The translations under genes and the position numbers were made by a program. A stretch of DNA of 64,000 nt from Candidatus Eiseniibacteriota bacterium (lineage in GTDB: Bacteria; Eisenbacteria; RBG-16-71-46): NCBI GenBank assembly GCA_963707915.1, contig OY970178.1:3296001-3360000 (forward strand). The letters are read 5' to 3'. Below, piece after piece: positions 31,496-42,254 of the stretch. Every line of letters begins with the position of its first letter. Position 1 is the stretch's first letter. The notes below the pieces were generated by a model. It was not told the origin of the DNA. It did no database searches and worked only from the letters and a program-made list of their open reading frames with translations.

Positions 31496-34138
31496 ATGAA
31501 GCCGACGACCGCCACCCTGATGTTCCTCGCGCTGGCCCGGGTCGCGGTCGCCGCGGGCCCGGCTCCTGGCGGCGCCGAGGTCCGCGCGGTCCGCGCGACT
31601 TCCCCCATCGCGATCGACGGCATCGCCTCCGAGAGCGCCTGGCGGTCGGCGCCCGTGGTCCCGGGGCTCCGCCAGCAGCGGCCCAACGAGGGCGCGGAGC
31701 CGACCCAGCGCACCGAGGTCCGCGTGCTCTACGACGACCAGGCGCTGTACGTGGCGGCGCGCATGTTCGACGCGCATCCCGACTCCATCGTCAGGACGCT
31801 GGCGCGGCGGGACTACGGCATGCGGTCGGACGTCTTCACGCTCTTCCTCGACCCGCAGCACGACCGCCGCAGCGGCTACTTCTTCGGGCTCAGCGCGGCC
31901 GGGACGCTCTACGACGGGACGCTGCAGAACGACGTCGAGCGCAGCTCGACCTGGGACGGCGTGTGGGAGGGCCGGGCGAAGGTCGACCGCGAGGGCTGGA
32001 CCGCCGAGTTCCGGATCCCGTTCTCGCAGCTCCGCTTCGCCCGGGCCGAGCGGCAGGAGTGGGGCGTCAACTTCGGGCGCTCGCTGGGGCGCGGGTTCGA
32101 GGAGAACTTCCTGGTCTACACCCCGAGCAATGAGAACGGGTTCGTCTCCCGCTTCCCGCTCCTCGCCGGGCTCGAGAACGTGAGCCCCGGCCGCGCCATC
32201 GAGATCATGCCCTACGGCACCTCCATGGCCGAGTACCTGCAACACGAGCCGCTCGATCCCTTCAACGACGGCTCGCGCCTCTCGCCGAACGCGGGCGGCG
32301 ACCTGCGCATGCCGCTCGGCAGCCGGCTGACGCTGAACGCCACGGTGAATCCCGACTTCGGCCAGGTGGAGGTGGACCCGGCCGTCGTCAACCTGAGCAA
32401 CGTCGAGACCTTCTTCCCGGAGAAACGCCCGTTCTTCGTCGAAGGCAACTCGGTCTTCAACGCCGGCCAGCAGGGCGCGAGCAACTACTGGAACTTCGAC
32501 CTCCCGCAGCCCACCTTCTTCTACTCCCGCCGCATCGGGCGCGCGCCGGTCGGCAGCCTCCCGGACGACGCCCGCTTCGCCGACGTGCCCAACGGGACGA
32601 CGATCCTCGGCGCGGCGAAGGTGAGCGGCAAGCTCGGGTCGGCCGCCAACTTCGGCATGCTCCACGCCGTCACGGCGCGGGAGCGTGCCGACCTGCTGGA
32701 TGGCGGCCTTGCGCGGGTGAACGGCTTCGAGGTCGAGCCGCTGACCTACTACGGCGTCGCCCGCGTGCTCCGGGAGTACCCCGAGCGCCGCCACGGGATC
32801 GGCGCGATCACCACGCTGGCGGCCCGGAGCTTCGAGTCGCGGCGCCTCGAGGACGAGTTCAACCGCACGTCGCTCACCACGGTCGTGGACGGCTGGCACT
32901 TCCTCGACCGCGGGCAGGTGTGGGTGCTCTCCGGCTGGGCCGGCGGCACGCGCGTGACCGGCAGCCCGGACCGCATCGCGGCCATCCAGACCAGCTCGCG
33001 GCACTACTTCCAGCGTCCGGACGCGAAGCGCTACGACGTGGACCCGGCGGCCACCTCGATGTCGGGCCTGGGCGGGCGCGTGTGGCTCAACAAGGAGAAG
33101 GGCAGCTGGGCGAGCAACAGCTCCCTCGGCGTCCTGAGCCCGGGACTCGAGATGAACGACCTCGGCTACCTCAGCCAGGCCGACCTCGTCGGCGGTCACG
33201 TCGCGGGCGGCTACCGCTGGACCAAGCCCACCCGGAACGTCAAGAACCACAGCCTCACGAGCGCGCTGTTCGGGAGCACGAACTTCGACGGCGACCTGGT
33301 CGGTGCCGGCGTCTTCACCGAGGCGTTCTGGTGGTACACGAACAACTGGTGCCTCGACCTGACGGGCGCGTACAACCCGCAGACGGTGAACCCGCGCCGC
33401 AGCTGGGGCGGACCGCTCATGCTGAACCGGCCCGGCTACTCGCTGGGGCTGTTCATGGACACCGACGGGTCGCGGGTCCGCTACTACTACCTCAACCTGT
33501 TCGGCTCGGCGCAGCCCGCGGAGGGCTCGTGGGCCTGGAGCCTCGCGCCGGGCATCGCCTGGAAGCCCGCGGCCAATCTCCAGTTCTCGCTCGGCCCCGA
33601 ATTCAACCGCTCGCGCGACGGCGCGTTCTACTTCGGCTCGCTGGACGACGCCTCGGCCGCGGCGACCTACGGGCGCCGCTACCTGTTCACCGAGCTCGAG
33701 CAGACCTCGCTGGGTGCGACGCTGCGGGCCAGCATCTCGTTCACTCCCACCATGAGCCTGCAGTTCTACGGCCAGCCGCTCATCGCGACCGGCGCGTACC
33801 GGAACGTCAAGGAGCTGGCGCGGCCGCGGAGCCTGGACTTCACCGGGCCCGGCGCGGGCGCGTGGACGTTCGATCCCGCGACCAACCGGTTCGACCCGGA
33901 CGGCGCGGGCCCCGACGCCCCGTACTCGCGGGACTTCAACTTCCGATCGCTGCGCGGCAACGCCGTGTTCCGCTGGGAATACCGCCCCGGATCGACGCTC
34001 TACCTGGTCTGGACCCAGCAGCGCACCGACGCGGAAGGGAAGAGCGAATTCGACCTGGGGCCGTCGTTCCGCCGGCTGATGAGCGCCGACGCGGACAACA
34101 TCTTCCTGGCGAAGGTCACCTACTACCTCAACCTGTAG
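31496..34138 (+). CDS. CBM9-like / DUF5916 outer-membrane protein
   Basis: IDG...E.AW, EFRIPFSQLRF, TVNPDFGQVEVD, FFPEKRPFF, FYSRRIGR, RWEYRPGS. Confidence 0.85.
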   Translation: MKPTTATLMFLALARVAVAAGPAPGGAEVRAVRATSPIAIDGIASESAWRSAPVVPGLRQQRPNEGAEPTQRTEVRVLYDDQALYVAARMFDAHPDSIVRTLARRDYGMRSDVFTLFLDPQHDRRSGYFFGLSAAGTLYDGTLQNDVERSSTWDGVWEGRAKVDREGWTAEFRIPFSQLRFARAERQEWGVNFGRSLGRGFEENFLVYTPSNENGFVSRFPLLAGLENVSPGRAIEIMPYGTSMAEYLQHEPLDPFNDGSRLSPNAGGDLRMPLGSRLTLNATVNPDFGQVEVDPAVVNLSNVETFFPEKRPFFVEGNSVFNAGQQGASNYWNFDLPQPTFFYSRRIGRAPVGSLPDDARFADVPNGTTILGAAKVSGKLGSAANFGMLHAVTARERADLLDGGLARVNGFEVEPLTYYGVARVLREYPERRHGIGAITTLAARSFESRRLEDEFNRTSLTTVVDGWHFLDRGQVWVLSGWAGGTRVTGSPDRIAAIQTSSRHYFQRPDAKRYDVDPAATSMSGLGGRVWLNKEKGSWASNSSLGVLSPGLEMNDLGYLSQADLVGGHVAGGYRWTKPTRNVKNHSLTSALFGSTNFDGDLVGAGVFTEAFWWYTNNWCLDLTGAYNPQTVNPRRSWGGPLMLNRPGYSLGLFMDTDGSRVRYYYLNLFGSAQPAEGSWAWSLAPGIAWKPAANLQFSLGPEFNRSRDGAFYFGSLDDASAAATYGRRYLFTELEQTSLGATLRASISFTPTMSLQFYGQPLIATGAYRNVKELARPRSLDFTGPGAGAWTFDPATNRFDPDGAGPDAPYSRDFNFRSLRGNAVFRWEYRPGSTLYLVWTQQRTDAEGKSEFDLGPSFRRLMSADADNIFLAKVTYYLNL

Positions 34139-34162
34139 CGGCGCTCGACCCGCCGACGACAA

Positions 34163-34193
34163 AGCGACCACCCCGGTCACGGGGGTGGTCGCT
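34163..34193. terminator. Hairpin between convergent genes
   Basis: AGCGACCACCCC...GGGGTGGTCGCT. Confidence 0.6.
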
Positions 34194-34210
34194 CTGACGT
34201 TGGGGTGGCG

Positions 34211-35311
34211 TTATTCCAAGATCACGAGTCGCTGCACGAGCACGCGGCCGAGGGCCTTCAATCGCGCGAAGTAGACCCCGGAGCCCACGCCGGCCGCACC
34301 GCGGTCCCAGGTCAGCGTGCGCGGGCCGGCGGGGGAGTCGCCGTCGGCCAGCAGGGCCACCCGCCGGCCCATGGCGTCGTAGATGGCAAGTTCCGCCCGC
34401 GCCGCGACGGGCAGGGTGAACCGCAGGCGCGCCGGCCCGACGACCGGGTTGGGCCCGGCGAGCGCGAGAGAGAGCTCGTCGAGGGGATCCGCCACGCCGG
34501 CCGTGTCGATCGAATCGGCCACGCTCAGGATCACGTCCACCACGCGCTGGGCGAACGACGGCGCCACCTCCGCGGCGAACGTGCTGTTCGGGTGGTCGTC
34601 GCTGGCGGAGGCCGCGTGGGCGGGGTCGAGGTAGATGTCGCCGCCGGTCTCCAGGTTGAAGAAGTCCCACGTGTAGATGTTGTCGCCCGGCTCGTCCCAG
34701 ACGTCCCGCACCCAGTCGAAGAACTCCTTGGTGCGCGTGGCCATCTCGGGCGTCGTGTTGACGGCCAGCTTCGCGGCCCCGGTCCAGACGATGAAGCGCT
34801 TCGCCGGGAACGACCTCATCTTGGCCTTGAGCACGTCGTACTGGAGCTTGTAGTTCTCGACGGTCTGGACCGAGGAGGTGACGTCGGGGCTCCCGGTGTC
34901 CGGCCCGATGTTGCTGACCGGGAAGCAGTGCTTGAACACGATGATGTCGTACTGCGCGGTGAGCATCTCGAGCGTGGACTCACCCAGGTAGGGCGCCGCG
35001 CCCGCGTGGTTCACCCAGATGTTCCAGTAGTCGTAGGGGTAGTTGGCGTACGGATAGCCCGCGTCGGCCAGCGGGAACATCTGCTCGGTGACGGCATAGC
35101 TGGTGCCGTGGGCGGCGTTGTACGCAGTGAACCACGCCGGCACGCCACCCTTCCAGATGACATCGCCGGTGCTGTGGTGCAGGAAGACGACCTTCGCGTT
35201 CGGCGCGAGTGGCGTGCGTTCGCCGGCGACGCAGGCCACGGTGAGCGCGCCAGCAAGGACGACCGCCAGGCAGAGGCCGAGCGCGCGTCGGATCGGGGTT
35301 GCCATCGACAT
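34211..35311 (-). CDS. Secreted protein with FlgD-like C-terminal domain
   Basis: Signal peptide, FLHHSTG, FKHCFP, GPNP...IYDAMGRRV...SGVYFARL. Confidence 0.8.
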   Translation of the reverse strand: MSMATPIRRALGLCLAVVLAGALTVACVAGERTPLAPNAKVVFLHHSTGDVIWKGGVPAWFTAYNAAHGTSYAVTEQMFPLADAGYPYANYPYDYWNIWVNHAGAAPYLGESTLEMLTAQYDIIVFKHCFPVSNIGPDTGSPDVTSSVQTVENYKLQYDVLKAKMRSFPAKRFIVWTGAAKLAVNTTPEMATRTKEFFDWVRDVWDEPGDNIYTWDFFNLETGGDIYLDPAHAASASDDHPNSTFAAEVAPSFAQRVVDVILSVADSIDTAGVADPLDELSLALAGPNPVVGPARLRFTLPVAARAELAIYDAMGRRVALLADGDSPAGPRTLTWDRGAAGVGSGVYFARLKALGRVLVQRLVILE

Positions 35312-35665
35312 GGTGCGGGTACTCCCGTGCGGCGGGGTGGGCCGGATCCTTCAGTCGCGGCAGCCTAACGATACTGCCCTCGTACCCCGGGCGCCAGACC
35401 GCGGTCGGGACCCGCCCGCCCGTGCCGAACGGTCCGGGCGCAAGACCTTGGGGCTGGACCACTTGCGGGCCCGGCGCGGGTGGAGCCGCTGCTGCGACGC
35501 GGCCCCCGACGGGGCGCCCGGCCGGTCGCGTGCGACCCTTCCTGCTGCGCCCGCGGCCCACGAGATCGCTGTGGAGCGGCGCATCCGGTCGCGCGTAGAC
35601 TCCCCGCCACGAGTCCCGGTCCCCGCGATCGCGGGCGACGAAGTCCTCGGCTGGAGGAGAAGGCC

Positions 35666-36130
35666 ATGATGCAGGCAATCGCGTTCCAGTTGAACGGCAA
35701 GCCCACCCGCCTCGAGGTCGACGGCGAGCGCAAGCTGCTGTGGGTCCTGCGCGGCGACCTGGGGCTCACCGGCACGAAGTTCGGCTGCGGGGAGAGCCTG
35801 TGCGGCGCCTGCACCGTGGTGGTGGACCGGGAGCCGGTGCGCTCCTGCCAGCTCTCGATGGCCGACGTGCGCGGCAAGGAGGTCACCACGATCGAAGGCC
35901 TGGCGCGGGACGGGAAGCTCCACCCGCTCCAGGAGATGTTCGTCGAGCACGGCGGGATGCAGTGCGGCTTCTGCACTTCCGGCATGATCATGAACGCCTA
36001 CGGCATGCTGCTGCAGAACCCGAAGCTCACGCGCGAGCAGATCGTGGCGGGCATGGACGACAACCTGTGCCGCTGCGCCGCCCACCAGCGCATCCTCCAC
36101 TCGATCGAAGCAGTGGCCGGAAGGAAGTGA
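35666..36130 (+). CDS. 2Fe-2S subunit of xanthine/isoquinoline oxidoreductase family (IorA/CoxS-like)
   Basis: GTKFGCGESLCGACTV, QCGFCTSG, NLCRC. Confidence 0.93.
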   Translation: MMQAIAFQLNGKPTRLEVDGERKLLWVLRGDLGLTGTKFGCGESLCGACTVVVDREPVRSCQLSMADVRGKEVTTIEGLARDGKLHPLQEMFVEHGGMQCGFCTSGMIMNAYGMLLQNPKLTREQIVAGMDDNLCRCAAHQRILHSIEAVAGRK

Positions 36131-36138
36131 GGCGGACC

Positions 36139-38289
36139 ATGAGAGACACCGGATACGGGCTCGAGGCGCCGGATCGTCGGAACCCGCGGCCATCGCTCGA
36201 CCGCCGGGAGTTCATGAAGCTGGTCGGCGCCGGGATCGTCGTCTGCTTCACCATCGCGGACTGGTCGGTGCTCGAGGCCCAGGGGCAGCGGCGCGAGTAC
36301 CCCGCGGACTTCAACGCCTACCTGCGCATCGGCGAAGACGGCCGCGTGACCGTCTTCTCCGGGAAGATCGAGATGGGACAGGGCGTGATCACCTCGCTGG
36401 CCCAGATGGCCGCCGAGGAGCTGGGCGTCGCCGTGGAGTCCATCGACATGGTCATGGGCGACACGCAGAGCTGCCCGTGGGACATGGGCACGTTCGGTTC
36501 GATGAGCACGCGCTTCTTCGGTCCCGCGCTGCGCGGGGCGGCGGCCGAGGCGCGGGCGGTGCTGCTCGAGCTGGCGGCGGAACGGCTCCAGGTCGCGGCG
36601 AAGGAGCTGGCGGTGGCGAACGGCGTCGTCTTCCTCGCCCGGGACCGGAGCCGGCGGGTGACCTTCGGCCAGCTGGCCCGGGGGAAGTCGATCGCGCGTC
36701 ACCTGACCGGCAAGCCGGCCCTGCGCCCGCTCGCCGAGTTCACGGTGAGCGGCCGGTCGGTGCGGCGCACGGACGCGCTCGCCAAGGTGACCGGCCAGGC
36801 GAAGTACGCCGGCGACATCCGCGTGCCGGGCATGCTCTACGCCCGGATCCTGCGCCCGCCGGCGCACGGCGCGACCCTGAAGCGCGTGGACACCTCCGCG
36901 GCCGCGGCGCTCCCCGGGGTCACCGTCGTGAACCAGGACGGCATGGTCGCGGTGCTGCACGCGGACCCCGAACAGGCCGCGAAGGCGCTCGCCGTAGTCA
37001 GGGCCGATTTCGACCTGCCTGCGGCCACGGTGGACACCGAGACGATCTTCGACCACCTCCTGCAGGTGGCGCCGCCGCCCCAGGAACGGGACCGCAAGGG
37101 CGACCTGGCCGCGGGGGAGAAGGCCTCGGTCGCGCGGTTCGAGCACCGCTACGAGAACGGCTACGGCGCGCACGCGCCGATGGAGCCCCACGCCGCGCTG
37201 GCCAGCTTCGAAGGCGGCAGGGTGACCGTCTGGGCCGCGACGCAGACCCCGTTCCCCAACCAGCAGCAGATCGCGGACGCCCTCGGTCTGGCGCTCGAGG
37301 ACGTGCGCGTCATCACGCCGTTCGTCGGCGGCGGGTTCGGCGGCAAGAGCAGCACGGGGCTCCAGTCGATCGAGGCGGCGCGCCTGTCGCGCATCGCCGG
37401 CAAGCCCGTGCAGGTCGCGTGGACCCGTGCCGAGGAGTTCTTCTACGACGCGTTCCGGCCGGCGGCCGTCGTCAAGATCAAGTCGGGCATGGACGGCGCG
37501 GGGCGGATCGTGCTGTGGGACTACGAGGTGTACTTCGCCGGCGCGCGCAGCGCCGAGCCGTTCTACGACGTGCCCAACCACCTGGTGCGCGCCTACGGCC
37601 AGTGGGGGCGGGACACGACCGGGGCGCACCTCTTCGCCACCGGGCCGTGGCGGGCGCCGGGCGCCAACATCAACGTGTTCGCGCGCGAGTCGCAGATCGA
37701 CATCATGGCCGCCCGGGCGAAGCGCGATCCGCTCGAGTTCCGCCTGGCCAACACCTCCGACCCGCGCATGCGCAGCGTGCTGCAGGAGGCCGCCGCGAAG
37801 TTCGGCTGGAAGCCGGCGCCGGGCCCGAGCGGCCGCGGCTACGGCATCGCCTGCGGGATCGACGCGGGCACCTACGTGGCGCTGATCGCCGAGGTGGCGG
37901 TGGACAAGGCCACCGGCGGCGTCCAGGTGAAGCGCGTCGTCTGCGCGCAGGACATGGGCCAGGTCATCAATCCCGACGGCGCGAAGATGCAGATGGAAGG
38001 CTGCATCACCATGGGCCTCGGCTACGCGCTCTCCGAGGAGCTCCGCTTCAAGGGTGGCGAGATCCTCGACCGGAACTTCGACACCTACGAACTGCCGCGC
38101 TTCTCCTGGCTGCCCGAGATCGAAACGGTGCTGGTGAAGAACGACGGACTCGCGCCGCAGGGCGGCGGCGAGCCCGCACTGGTCCCGGTGGGCGCGGTCA
38201 TCGCCAACGCCGTCTGCGATGCGACCGGTGCGCGCCTGTTCCGGATGCCGCTGACGGCGGCGAGCGTGAAGCGGGCGCTGACGGGCTAG
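36139..38289 (+). CDS. Molybdopterin-binding oxidoreductase subunit (IorB-like), Tat signal
   Basis: DRREFMK, EMGQG, HAPMEP, GGGFGGK, WRAPG, GGGEP. Confidence 0.9.
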   Translation: MRDTGYGLEAPDRRNPRPSLDRREFMKLVGAGIVVCFTIADWSVLEAQGQRREYPADFNAYLRIGEDGRVTVFSGKIEMGQGVITSLAQMAAEELGVAVESIDMVMGDTQSCPWDMGTFGSMSTRFFGPALRGAAAEARAVLLELAAERLQVAAKELAVANGVVFLARDRSRRVTFGQLARGKSIARHLTGKPALRPLAEFTVSGRSVRRTDALAKVTGQAKYAGDIRVPGMLYARILRPPAHGATLKRVDTSAAAALPGVTVVNQDGMVAVLHADPEQAAKALAVVRADFDLPAATVDTETIFDHLLQVAPPPQERDRKGDLAAGEKASVARFEHRYENGYGAHAPMEPHAALASFEGGRVTVWAATQTPFPNQQQIADALGLALEDVRVITPFVGGGFGGKSSTGLQSIEAARLSRIAGKPVQVAWTRAEEFFYDAFRPAAVVKIKSGMDGAGRIVLWDYEVYFAGARSAEPFYDVPNHLVRAYGQWGRDTTGAHLFATGPWRAPGANINVFARESQIDIMAARAKRDPLEFRLANTSDPRMRSVLQEAAAKFGWKPAPGPSGRGYGIACGIDAGTYVALIAEVAVDKATGGVQVKRVVCAQDMGQVINPDGAKMQMEGCITMGLGYALSEELRFKGGEILDRNFDTYELPRFSWLPEIETVLVKNDGLAPQGGGEPALVPVGAVIANAVCDATGARLFRMPLTAASVKRALTG

Positions 38290-38393
38290 CGGAGCGGGAG
38301 ACGGACGCGGGGGGCTCGTGTAGTCTGGGCCGATCCCGCATCCCCGCGCGTGGCCGCCGACGGATCACGATCCCTCAATCAGGAGCCACCCCC

Positions 38394-41345
38394 ATGAGCC
38401 TCCCGAAGCTGCTTGCGCTGGTCGGCCTGCTCGCGACCCTCGGCGCGGCGGGCGCACCGCCCGCCGGCGCCGACGCCTTCCGCCCGGACGGTCGCTACGA
38501 TGCGCGCGTCCCCGCGCCGGCAGCGGTGCTGGGCTTCGAGCCCGGCGACCAGCCCGCGCGCTACGAGGCGGTGCTGCGCTACGCCGAGGCGCTGGCCGCC
38601 GCGAGCCCCAACGTGCGGCTCCAGCGCTACGCGCGCTCCCACGAGGGCCGCGACCTGTTCGTCATCGTGGTCTCGAGCGCGGCCAACCTCGCGCGCCTCG
38701 ACGGCATCCGCGCCGACCTCGCCCGGCTCGCCGACCCGCGGCCGCCGCTGGCGCCCGAGGCGCTGCAGGCGCTGATCGAGCGCACGCCGGCGGTCGCCTA
38801 CCTGGCGTACGCCATCCACGGCGACGAGCTGTCGAGCACCGACGCCGCCCTGCGCGTGGCCTACGAGCTGGCGGCGGGCGAGAACGACGACACGCAGGCG
38901 CTGCGCGAGAACCTGGTGGTGCTCGTCGACCCGATGGAGAACCCCGACGGGCGCGAGCGCATGCTCGGGATGATCACCGCCTACGAGGGTCGGGTGCCCA
39001 ACCCGGATCCCGACGCGCTGTCGCACAGCGGCTTCTGGCCGTTCGGCCGCGGCAACCACTACCTGTTCGACCTCAACCGCGACTGGTTCGCGCTCGTCCA
39101 CCCCGAGAGCCGCGGGCGGGCCGGCATCCTGCGCGCCTGGCGGCCGCAGCTGGCGGTGGACAGCCACGAGATGGGCCTCGAGAGCACCTACCTGTTCAGC
39201 CCGCCGCGCGATCCGTTCAACCCCAACCTGCCGGGCAAGGCGCGGGAGTGGTCGGAGCGCTTCGCCGCCGACCAGGCGCGGGCCTTCGACCGTCACGGCT
39301 GGAGCTACTTCACCCGCGAGTGGAACGAGGAGATCTATCCCGGCTACGGCTCGTCCATCGCCGCCTACCAGGGCGCGGTCGGCATCCTCTACGAGCAGAG
39401 CGGCACCGACGGGCAGCCGATCCGCAAGCCCTCGGGCCGGGTGGTGAGCTACGAGGAGACCGTGGCCCACCAGTACACCAGCTCGATGGCCAACCTGGCC
39501 ACCGCCGCCACGCACCGCCGGGAGCTGCTGCGCTCGTGGCGCGACGCCCGCGCCGAGGCCGTGACCCGCGGCGCCCGCGGCAACGCGCGCGCCTTCTACA
39601 TCGTCCCGCGCCCCGACCCGGCGCGCGCCGAGCGGCTCGCCACCCGGCTGGCATCGCTCGGGGTGGAGGTGGAGCGGCTCGACGCGCCGGGGTCGCTGCA
39701 GGGCGCGCGGTCGCTGTGGGACGACGCCGTGCACGGGGCGGCCCTTCCCGCCGGCACGTTCCGCGTGCGGCTCGACCAGCCCGACGGGTTGCTGGCGCGG
39801 GCGGTGCTCGAGCCGCACACCCCGATGCCCGACTCGTCGCTGGCCGAGGAGCGCGAGCACCTCGAGCGCCAGAAGGAGACGCGCGTCTACGACGTGACCG
39901 CGTGGTCGCCGCTGCTGGCCTCGGGGCTCGAGGCGTGGTGGACGCCGGCGCTCGACGGCCTGCGCTGGACGCGCGTCGTGCCCGACCAGGCCGCCGCGCC
40001 GCCGGCCGGCGGGATCGCGGCCGGGCCCGCGACCTACGGCTGGCTGTTCGACGGCGGCACCGACGCCGCGCTGGTGCTGGCCGCGCGGCTCTCCGCGGCC
40101 GGCTTCGCGGTGCGCGCCGGCGAGAAGCCGCTGACCGTCAGCGCGCGCGTGCTCCCGCGCGGCAGCTTCCTGCTGCGCGCCGAGGAGAACCCGCCCGCGG
40201 CCGCCGAGTCGCTGCAGGCCATGGCCGCGCGGACCGAGGTGGCCGTGACGCCGGTGGCGAGCGCGCGGATCCCCGACGGCCCGGACCTAGGCGGCGACAC
40301 CTGGCAACTGCTGCAGCCGGCGCGGATCGCCCTCCTCGCGGGCGCCTCGCTCGACGGCAGCAGCCTCGGCTGGGCCTGGAACCTGATCGACCGCGAGTCG
40401 GCCCTGCGGGTGAGCCTGCTCGACGTCGGCCGCGTCGCGAGCACCGACCTCGCGCGCTACAACGTGGTGGTGATGCCGAACTCGCGCGGCGGGGGCGAGG
40501 CCTACCGGCGCGCGCTCGGCGCGGCCGGCCTGCGCGCGCTGCGGAAGTGGGTCGACGACGGCGGCACGCTCGTCGCCCTCAACGGCGGGGCGGAGTTCGT
40601 GGCCGAGGATTCGACCCGGCTCGGCTCGGTGCGCCTGCGCTCGCAGGCGCTCAAGGACTTTCCGCCCGCCCTGCTCGGGCTCCCGGAGGCCGCGGTGCGC
40701 GGCCTCGAGCGCATGCAGGGCATGGGCCTCGGGCCGGCCGGCCGGGCGGTCAACTCGTGGGGGCTCTACGAGGGCATGGACCGGGCCCGCGCGCTCGGCA
40801 TCCCGGGGCCCGGCGCCCCGCTGCTCGGTCCCGGCGCGCGGGCCTGGCTCGGGATCGCGAAGGCGGCGCCGCTTTCACCCGCCGCGCAGGACACCGCCGC
40901 TCGCAAGGATGCGAAGGGGCCGAGCGACGAGGAGCGGCAGAAGGCGCTGGCCAGGGCCGACGCGCGCCTGCGGCGCTTCATGCCGAGCGGTGCGATCCTG
41001 CGCGTGGACCTCGACCCCGAGCACTGGCTGTCCTACGGCTGCGGCGACCGCGCGGCCGCGCTGATGAGCGGCGACGACGCGCTGCTCGCACGCGACCCGG
41101 CGATGACCGCGGGACGCTTCGCCGCGCCCGAGGTGCTGCAGCTCGGCGGGCTGCTGTGGCCCGAGGCCGCCGGGCGCATCGCGCAGACGGCCTACCTCAC
41201 GCGCGAGGCTTCCGGCCGGGGTCAGGTCATCCTGTTCGCGAACGACCCCAATTTCCGCGGCTACTTCTGGGGGACGGAACGGCTGTTCCTGAACGCCGTG
41301 CTGCTCGGCCCGGGCCTGGGGGCGGCGCACACGATCCCGTGGTGA
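38394..41345 (+). CDS. M14 family zinc carboxypeptidase
   Basis: AGGAG RBS, signal peptide, IHGDE, NPDGRER, NHYLFDLNRDW, DSHEMG. Confidence 0.9.
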   Translation: MSLPKLLALVGLLATLGAAGAPPAGADAFRPDGRYDARVPAPAAVLGFEPGDQPARYEAVLRYAEALAAASPNVRLQRYARSHEGRDLFVIVVSSAANLARLDGIRADLARLADPRPPLAPEALQALIERTPAVAYLAYAIHGDELSSTDAALRVAYELAAGENDDTQALRENLVVLVDPMENPDGRERMLGMITAYEGRVPNPDPDALSHSGFWPFGRGNHYLFDLNRDWFALVHPESRGRAGILRAWRPQLAVDSHEMGLESTYLFSPPRDPFNPNLPGKAREWSERFAADQARAFDRHGWSYFTREWNEEIYPGYGSSIAAYQGAVGILYEQSGTDGQPIRKPSGRVVSYEETVAHQYTSSMANLATAATHRRELLRSWRDARAEAVTRGARGNARAFYIVPRPDPARAERLATRLASLGVEVERLDAPGSLQGARSLWDDAVHGAALPAGTFRVRLDQPDGLLARAVLEPHTPMPDSSLAEEREHLERQKETRVYDVTAWSPLLASGLEAWWTPALDGLRWTRVVPDQAAAPPAGGIAAGPATYGWLFDGGTDAALVLAARLSAAGFAVRAGEKPLTVSARVLPRGSFLLRAEENPPAAAESLQAMAARTEVAVTPVASARIPDGPDLGGDTWQLLQPARIALLAGASLDGSSLGWAWNLIDRESALRVSLLDVGRVASTDLARYNVVVMPNSRGGGEAYRRALGAAGLRALRKWVDDGGTLVALNGGAEFVAEDSTRLGSVRLRSQALKDFPPALLGLPEAAVRGLERMQGMGLGPAGRAVNSWGLYEGMDRARALGIPGPGAPLLGPGARAWLGIAKAAPLSPAAQDTAARKDAKGPSDEERQKALARADARLRRFMPSGAILRVDLDPEHWLSYGCGDRAAALMSGDDALLARDPAMTAGRFAAPEVLQLGGLLWPEAAGRIAQTAYLTREASGRGQVILFANDPNFRGYFWGTERLFLNAVLLGPGLGAAHTIPW

Positions 41346-41689
41346 GGGGGGCGTCATCGTGCGCGGACGAGGCTGAAGCCCCCGCCGGCCCTGGCAGGGG
41401 CTCCGCGCAACGCTCGATGCGGCGCCGACGGAAGACGCCAGCTTGGGGGATGCCCGCGACCGAGCCCCATGATTATGCGGACTCGATCGTCCTGGCGCAA
41501 TACCCGCGTTTCGCTGGCCTGGACGGCCCATGGACCGCGTCGCGAAGATGCGAGATGGTCGTGGGATGCAGGGTCCTGTGCCTGGCCGCGACGCAGCCGG
41601 GGTCAAGCACCCCGCCGAGGAGTGGCCAGGTACAGGACCCTGCAGACCGCGGTCAGGTCGCTTTCGCAGCAGCGGGTCATGAATCGTCC

Positions 41690-41900
41690 AGGTTAGCTCT
41701 CGGTTCCTGTAGATCTGCTTCTTGACTTGTTCCTTCTTCAAGCTGCCGAAGAAGGACTCCGCCACCGCGTCGTCCCGGCAGTTCCCCTTCCGGCTCATAC
41801 TCGGCTCAATGCGATGGGAGCGACAGAATCGCCGCCCTGCATCGCTCCCGAACCGGTTGCCCTGATCGGAATGAATCAACGAATTGGTCAAAGCGGGTTG
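41690..41900 (-). pseudogene. IS3-family transposase fragment
   Basis: IHSDQG...[22 protein letters not shown]; related to the element at 22581. Confidence 0.8.
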
Positions 41901-41931
41901 ACGAAACCTCTCCAAGTCGTGCATCTACGCG

Positions 41932-41973
41932 GGCGGAGAGGTGCTGGAGCGGTTGAACAGGACGGTCTCGAAA
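41932..41973 (+). repeat. att-like direct repeat 1: 5' half of tRNA-Ser(CGA)
   Basis: GGCGGAGAGGTGCTGGAGCGGTTGAACAGGACGGTCTCGAAA, identical to 45208-45249; ends at the anticodon loop. Confidence 0.85.
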
Positions 41974-42254
41974 TCTGGAGACCGACATTCTGAGGCAATC
42001 AAAGAGCGAGCGAGCTAGTAGGCATCGCCTGATGTAGTTAGCAGGGGCCCCAGGGAGTTAGAGATCCTTGGGGCCCTTGTCGTCTGTGGACGCCAGAGGA
42101 CGGTGGAGGACGCGTTAGGACGCTGAGACCGTAGCCAAACCGTAGCCACGGCTGAAGCCGTGCTTGTGGGCGGCTGGAGCCGTGGACACGACAGCAACGC
42201 GTCCGCTAGGGTGTGTCGGGAAGTGATCGGTGCAGGCCATGACCAAGTGCAGGG

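Noticed and set aside
31238..34180. Long antisense ORFs (also 14181-16286, 8336-10798, 4474-5880, 15-641)
   Set aside because: Typical high-GC shadow ORFs opposite well-supported genes.
36477..38393. N-terminal 639 aa of the 1622-aa ORF
   Set aside because: Off-frame shadow of the molybdoenzyme gene. The real peptidase starts at 38394 with an RBS and signal peptide.
41935..42010. Intact tRNA-Ser(CGA) genes at 41935 and 45211
   Set aside because: No T-arm, acceptor 3' strand or CCA after the anticodon loop; treated as att fragments.
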